Positions 60,204-64,000 of a stretch of 64,000 nt of DNA are shown here, piece by piece. Location of the stretch: the NCBI GenBank assembly GCA_050273025.1, contig CP158636.1, positions 12,028,001 to 12,092,000 of the forward strand. Reading direction: 5' to 3'. How positions within the stretch are numbered: the stretch's first letter is position 1; each line of letters opens with the position of its first letter. This stretch comes from Cenococcum geophilum (Eukaryota). A program made the position numbers and the translations under genes. Under the pieces are notes generated by a model that was not told where the DNA came from, searched no databases, and worked only from the letters and a program-made list of their open reading frames with translations.

Positions 60204-63200
60204 TGTAACAGTCCCTATATATTAGAATTAAGCAAGAGATGCTAACTAAGCTCTAGACACATTATGAGGACAAAGTCCGCATGCAATCTATATAGACATT
60301 AACCACATCTACTGCATCACGAATTAATCAATATTCATTGTCTGCGTCATCCCCATCACCAATAAGACCCTCAAGATAGCTCCGCTGTGACCTCACAACC
60401 TTATAATTCCAACAGGTTATGAGCCCGGGTAGCAACACCTCTCCTAACTCGAAAATCGACCCCTAAAATGACCTCCTCTACCTTAACCTTAACGACATCT
60501 TCGTACGATCACAAGGCTAGTAAAATCGTCATTTTTAATGGAGATAACTTTGCAGACTGGGAGTGCACCTACAAGGCAGCCCTAATTATAGCAAAAGAAT
60601 AGGATTTCGTTACTAGTACAGAAGACCTAGCTTAAGTTAATTTAACTAATAGGAGAAGAAGATAAGGGGAAGTAAATAAGATTATCTATAATTCGATAGG
60701 AGACGACCGTTAGGAAGAGATGCGTGTAATAATAAAGGCGTATAATATTTAGGGAATATAGGAAGGAATAAAGAAGTTTAATAAGGCTAATAACAAGGTC
60801 TACATCTCTAGACTTTATAGGGAGTTCTATAGCACTATATTTAACCCTATAAAGATATAAATTATTAAGTTCCTTTATATACTAAATTAATTTAAGATTA
60901 ATCTAGCCTTAATATCTTAAGCACTTACTAATAATAATATTAAAGAGCAACTCCTCCTGGCCCTACTAAGTAATATTATATAGCAGAATGCAAAGACCTA
61001 GTGTCTACAAGATAAACGAGACCTTAAGAGCTGTATTACCCTTCTTTAAAAGCAAGAGACTGCTCTCCCTATATAGACTGCTATACTTATATATAAGAGG
61101 AAAGATAAACCTAGGGGGAGAAGGGGAAACTAAGGTTAAGGTTAAATAAGGGGCAGAGGTCGTACTAGTAGATTCAATTATTCCTTATCACGTTATAGCT
61201 TATTATCTTAAGTAACTAAAGAGCTAAGATAACTAGAAAGAGACAAGTACAGAGTATACTATTAGAAAGGTCACTACTAGAAAGACTATCCCCTACTTAG
61301 ATAATTCTAATTTAATAACGCCAGGAAGATAGATTAAGGTGCTTTTAAGGTAAAAGAAGTAGGGAATATAGCTATAGCTAAGGAAGAATTCGACAGCGAT
61401 TTAATCTACCTTAACCTTAACCCTGACCCTAAACATGCTATGCTTATGACGATATTACTAGCTTAGGCTTTTAACTTAGAAGTAACTAAGTACTTTACTA
61501 GTAACCAATTAGACCTAGTATATTTAAAGAGATAAAATATACCTTATTAGGTCCATACTGCGAATAGGATTGTTATCCCTACTATAGGCTATAGCTAAGT
61601 TTAAATTGGCAGCCTAAGGCTAAAAGACGTCTAGCTTATACCTTTATTTAAGATGATTAAGCTAATCTTAGTAAGGACTCTTACTTAGAAAAGCTACTTA
61701 ATTACCTTTAATATAGACAATTAAGCTACTGGCTAGCATAAATTAGGGGCGATATTTAAGGCTATTATAAAGAATAACCTCTATATACTATAAGAGCCTT
61801 AGGGAGCATTTAATGCGATAGCGAAAGTATATAATTTATAATTAAACGTTAATAAAATAGATGCTAAACTATGGCATTACCGAACTGGATATACGAACTA
61901 TAGTAATCTGCTTAAGCTATAGCACTTCTTACTAGGTATATAGCTTAGAAAGAAAGTAGTACTAGTTAGTAAAAGTATATATAAAGCCTATCTAGCTAAG
62001 AAGATATAAGAAATACTAAGTAAGAAGATAATTAAGCGTAAGAAGATACCTAGTTAAGGACTATACCTTAATACTACGGGACGAATCGGTATATTGATTA
62101 GAGGTTATAACTACTACCTCCTAGCCCTAAATAACGCCACATACTATACCTAAGTTATTCCTTTTAAAACCTTATAAACTAAAGAAGTACTACCGTATAT
62201 TAAAGAGATTATTATAAGGGTAGAGAGGTTTACTGGTAATAAAGCTATATAGATTCGAGCGGATAATAGAAAGGGGGAGTTTGGCCGCAGATTCTAAGAT
62301 AAATTAATACCCTAAGGTATTAATTTTAAGCCTTACCCGCCATATAAGCACTTATACAATAGCGCAATTAAGCGCGCAATCTATATAGTTAACTGCAAGA
62401 TAAGGTTACTTCTATTTTAAGGAAATATACTAGTTAAACTCTAGTGCTATGTAGTTAAACACACTGTTTAGATTAAGAATCGAGTACCAACCTTAGCACT
62501 TCTATTTAACAACGAGTATAGTAGTACTATTATACTATACAAGGCATATACCCAATAAGTCCCTAACTTAAAAAATCTAGTTATCTTTAGGTATTACATT
62601 AACCTAATTAATACGCTTAAGAAACACCCTAGAAAGTATAACTTAAGGATAAAACCTAACTACGTTTTTATAGAATTAAAAGGGAGTAGTTAATTTAAGA
62701 TAATAAACCTATATACGCAAGCAATTAAGCTCTATAGAGATACTAAAGTAAATGAGTATAGGTTCCCTTATAGAGTATATTAGGTGCTAGCTATAAGCTA
62801 AGCTATAAAATATACTATAAGCCAAGCCATAAACTAACCTAGACCTCCTCCTCCTACCTTAAATAGGCCGATAAAGACTCTAGTTATAAGAACTAAAAGT
62901 AGGCCAGATAGTAACTAAGTAGGCCATTTAAGCCAAGTAGGAAGCCTAGGTTAAGACTAAGTAGGCTACTTAAATTAAGTAGGAAGCCCAGGTTAAGATT
63001 AAGTGGGACGCTTAAATTTATAAGGTAATGCTTAGGGTAGGACGCCCGTATAAAGTATATTAATATATATTCCTTATATATAGAGAATAAGGTCTAAAAG
63101 GTTACTAAATATAAAGGTTTTTAACAGTATAGTGGTTTAGTTAGTAATAGCTATAAAAGCTATCTACCTAAAAGCTAAGAACACTACCTCCTTAGGAGCA

Positions 63201-64000
63201 CCTATAGCACTGTTTAACGCTATTAAGCTAGATTAGGCCTTAAGGGAGGACGCTCCTAACTAGATAAAAGCTATCTTTAAAGAATTTCTCTTTCTTAAGA
63301 GAATGCACACCTATACTATTATAAGAGGGAGAGTACTAGAAGAAAGGTTATTACTCCTAAGTAAGCTAGTTCTAAAGCACAAGTATAACGCTAAGGGAGA
63401 AGTAATTCGTAAGAAGGTAAGACTATATATTTAGGGAGATAAGTAGACCCCTAATATTGACTATTTTAAGACATTTACGTTAGTTATATAATACGACACC
63501 TTTAGGTTTTTAATAGTAAAAGTGGTAGTAAAAGACCTTAAGCTTAACTATATTAATATTAAAACTATATTCTTAAACCCGCCATTATAAGAACAGATCT
63601 ATATATAGATTTTTAACCTATTAAGAGACTTTAAACCTAACCTTAAGGGGGTAAAAGACGCCTACTTAAAGCTAAATAAGTTACTTTATAGCCTAAAGCA
63701 GGCACTAAGAAAATGGTTCCTTATAGTTAAGAAGTTCTTTAAGAGTATAGGTTTAAAATTAGCTGAAGCTAACCCTAATCTCTTTATAGGAAATAAAGTA
63801 TATATTTTACTATTTATTAATAATATGCTAATTATAGGTAAGCGCTAATACCTTAATATTATAAAGATAAGAATTTAAAAAAAATAGAGATATAAAGACC
63901 TAGGTCCTATAGAGGTATTTATAGGCTTCTAAATTAATTAAGATTGTACGAACTAAACCCTTAAGCTATATTAGACGATGTATATTAAGAAGCTACTTAA
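60204..64000 (+). mobile_element. Ty1/Copia LTR retrotransposon (5' LTR, gag, integrase, RT), RIP-inactivated, truncated by window end
   Basis: LTR TGTAACA...CCAACA at 60204-60414, followed directly by PBS GGTTATGAGCCC. Gag start ~60468; WHxRxG (~61870); integrase RADNxKGEF (~62255); RT LNKxLYxLKQA.R.W (~63670) and LFxDDML-like (~63810). Confidence 0.9.

Overview
Filamentous ascomycete (Pezizomycotina-type) genomic DNA with spliceosomal introns, in two sharply different parts. Bases 1 to ~39.1 kb are gene-rich: a HECT E3 ligase (5' part), an ADP-ribosyltransferase-like hypothetical gene, a calcium-uniporter pseudogene, a divergent LIS1/NudF and XMAP215/Alp14 pair, a secreted Thr-rich protein, a laccase, two repeat-bearing hypothetical genes, a MITE and a long hairpin, RIB3, and an AzgA-type permease pseudogene. 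The most interesting element sits at the edge of this part: a compact putative cell-death/immunity cluster. It comprises an intronless fungal gasdermin-like gene (34705-35556 +), a convergent intronless caspase/metacaspase (peptidase C14) with a long C-terminal extension (35896-37950 -), and a divergent third gene resembling the N-terminus of fungal TPR-CHAT proteases (38611 onward +), which is interrupted by transposons. From ~39.1 kb to the end is an AT-rich, RIP-degraded nest of retroelements: an outer LINE carrying a full Copia, a second complete LINE (itself containing a full Gypsy), a solo LTR and a second Copia running off the window. Most element boundaries are supported by LTR pairs and target-site duplications. 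All family assignments come from motif recognition by eye, not database searches.
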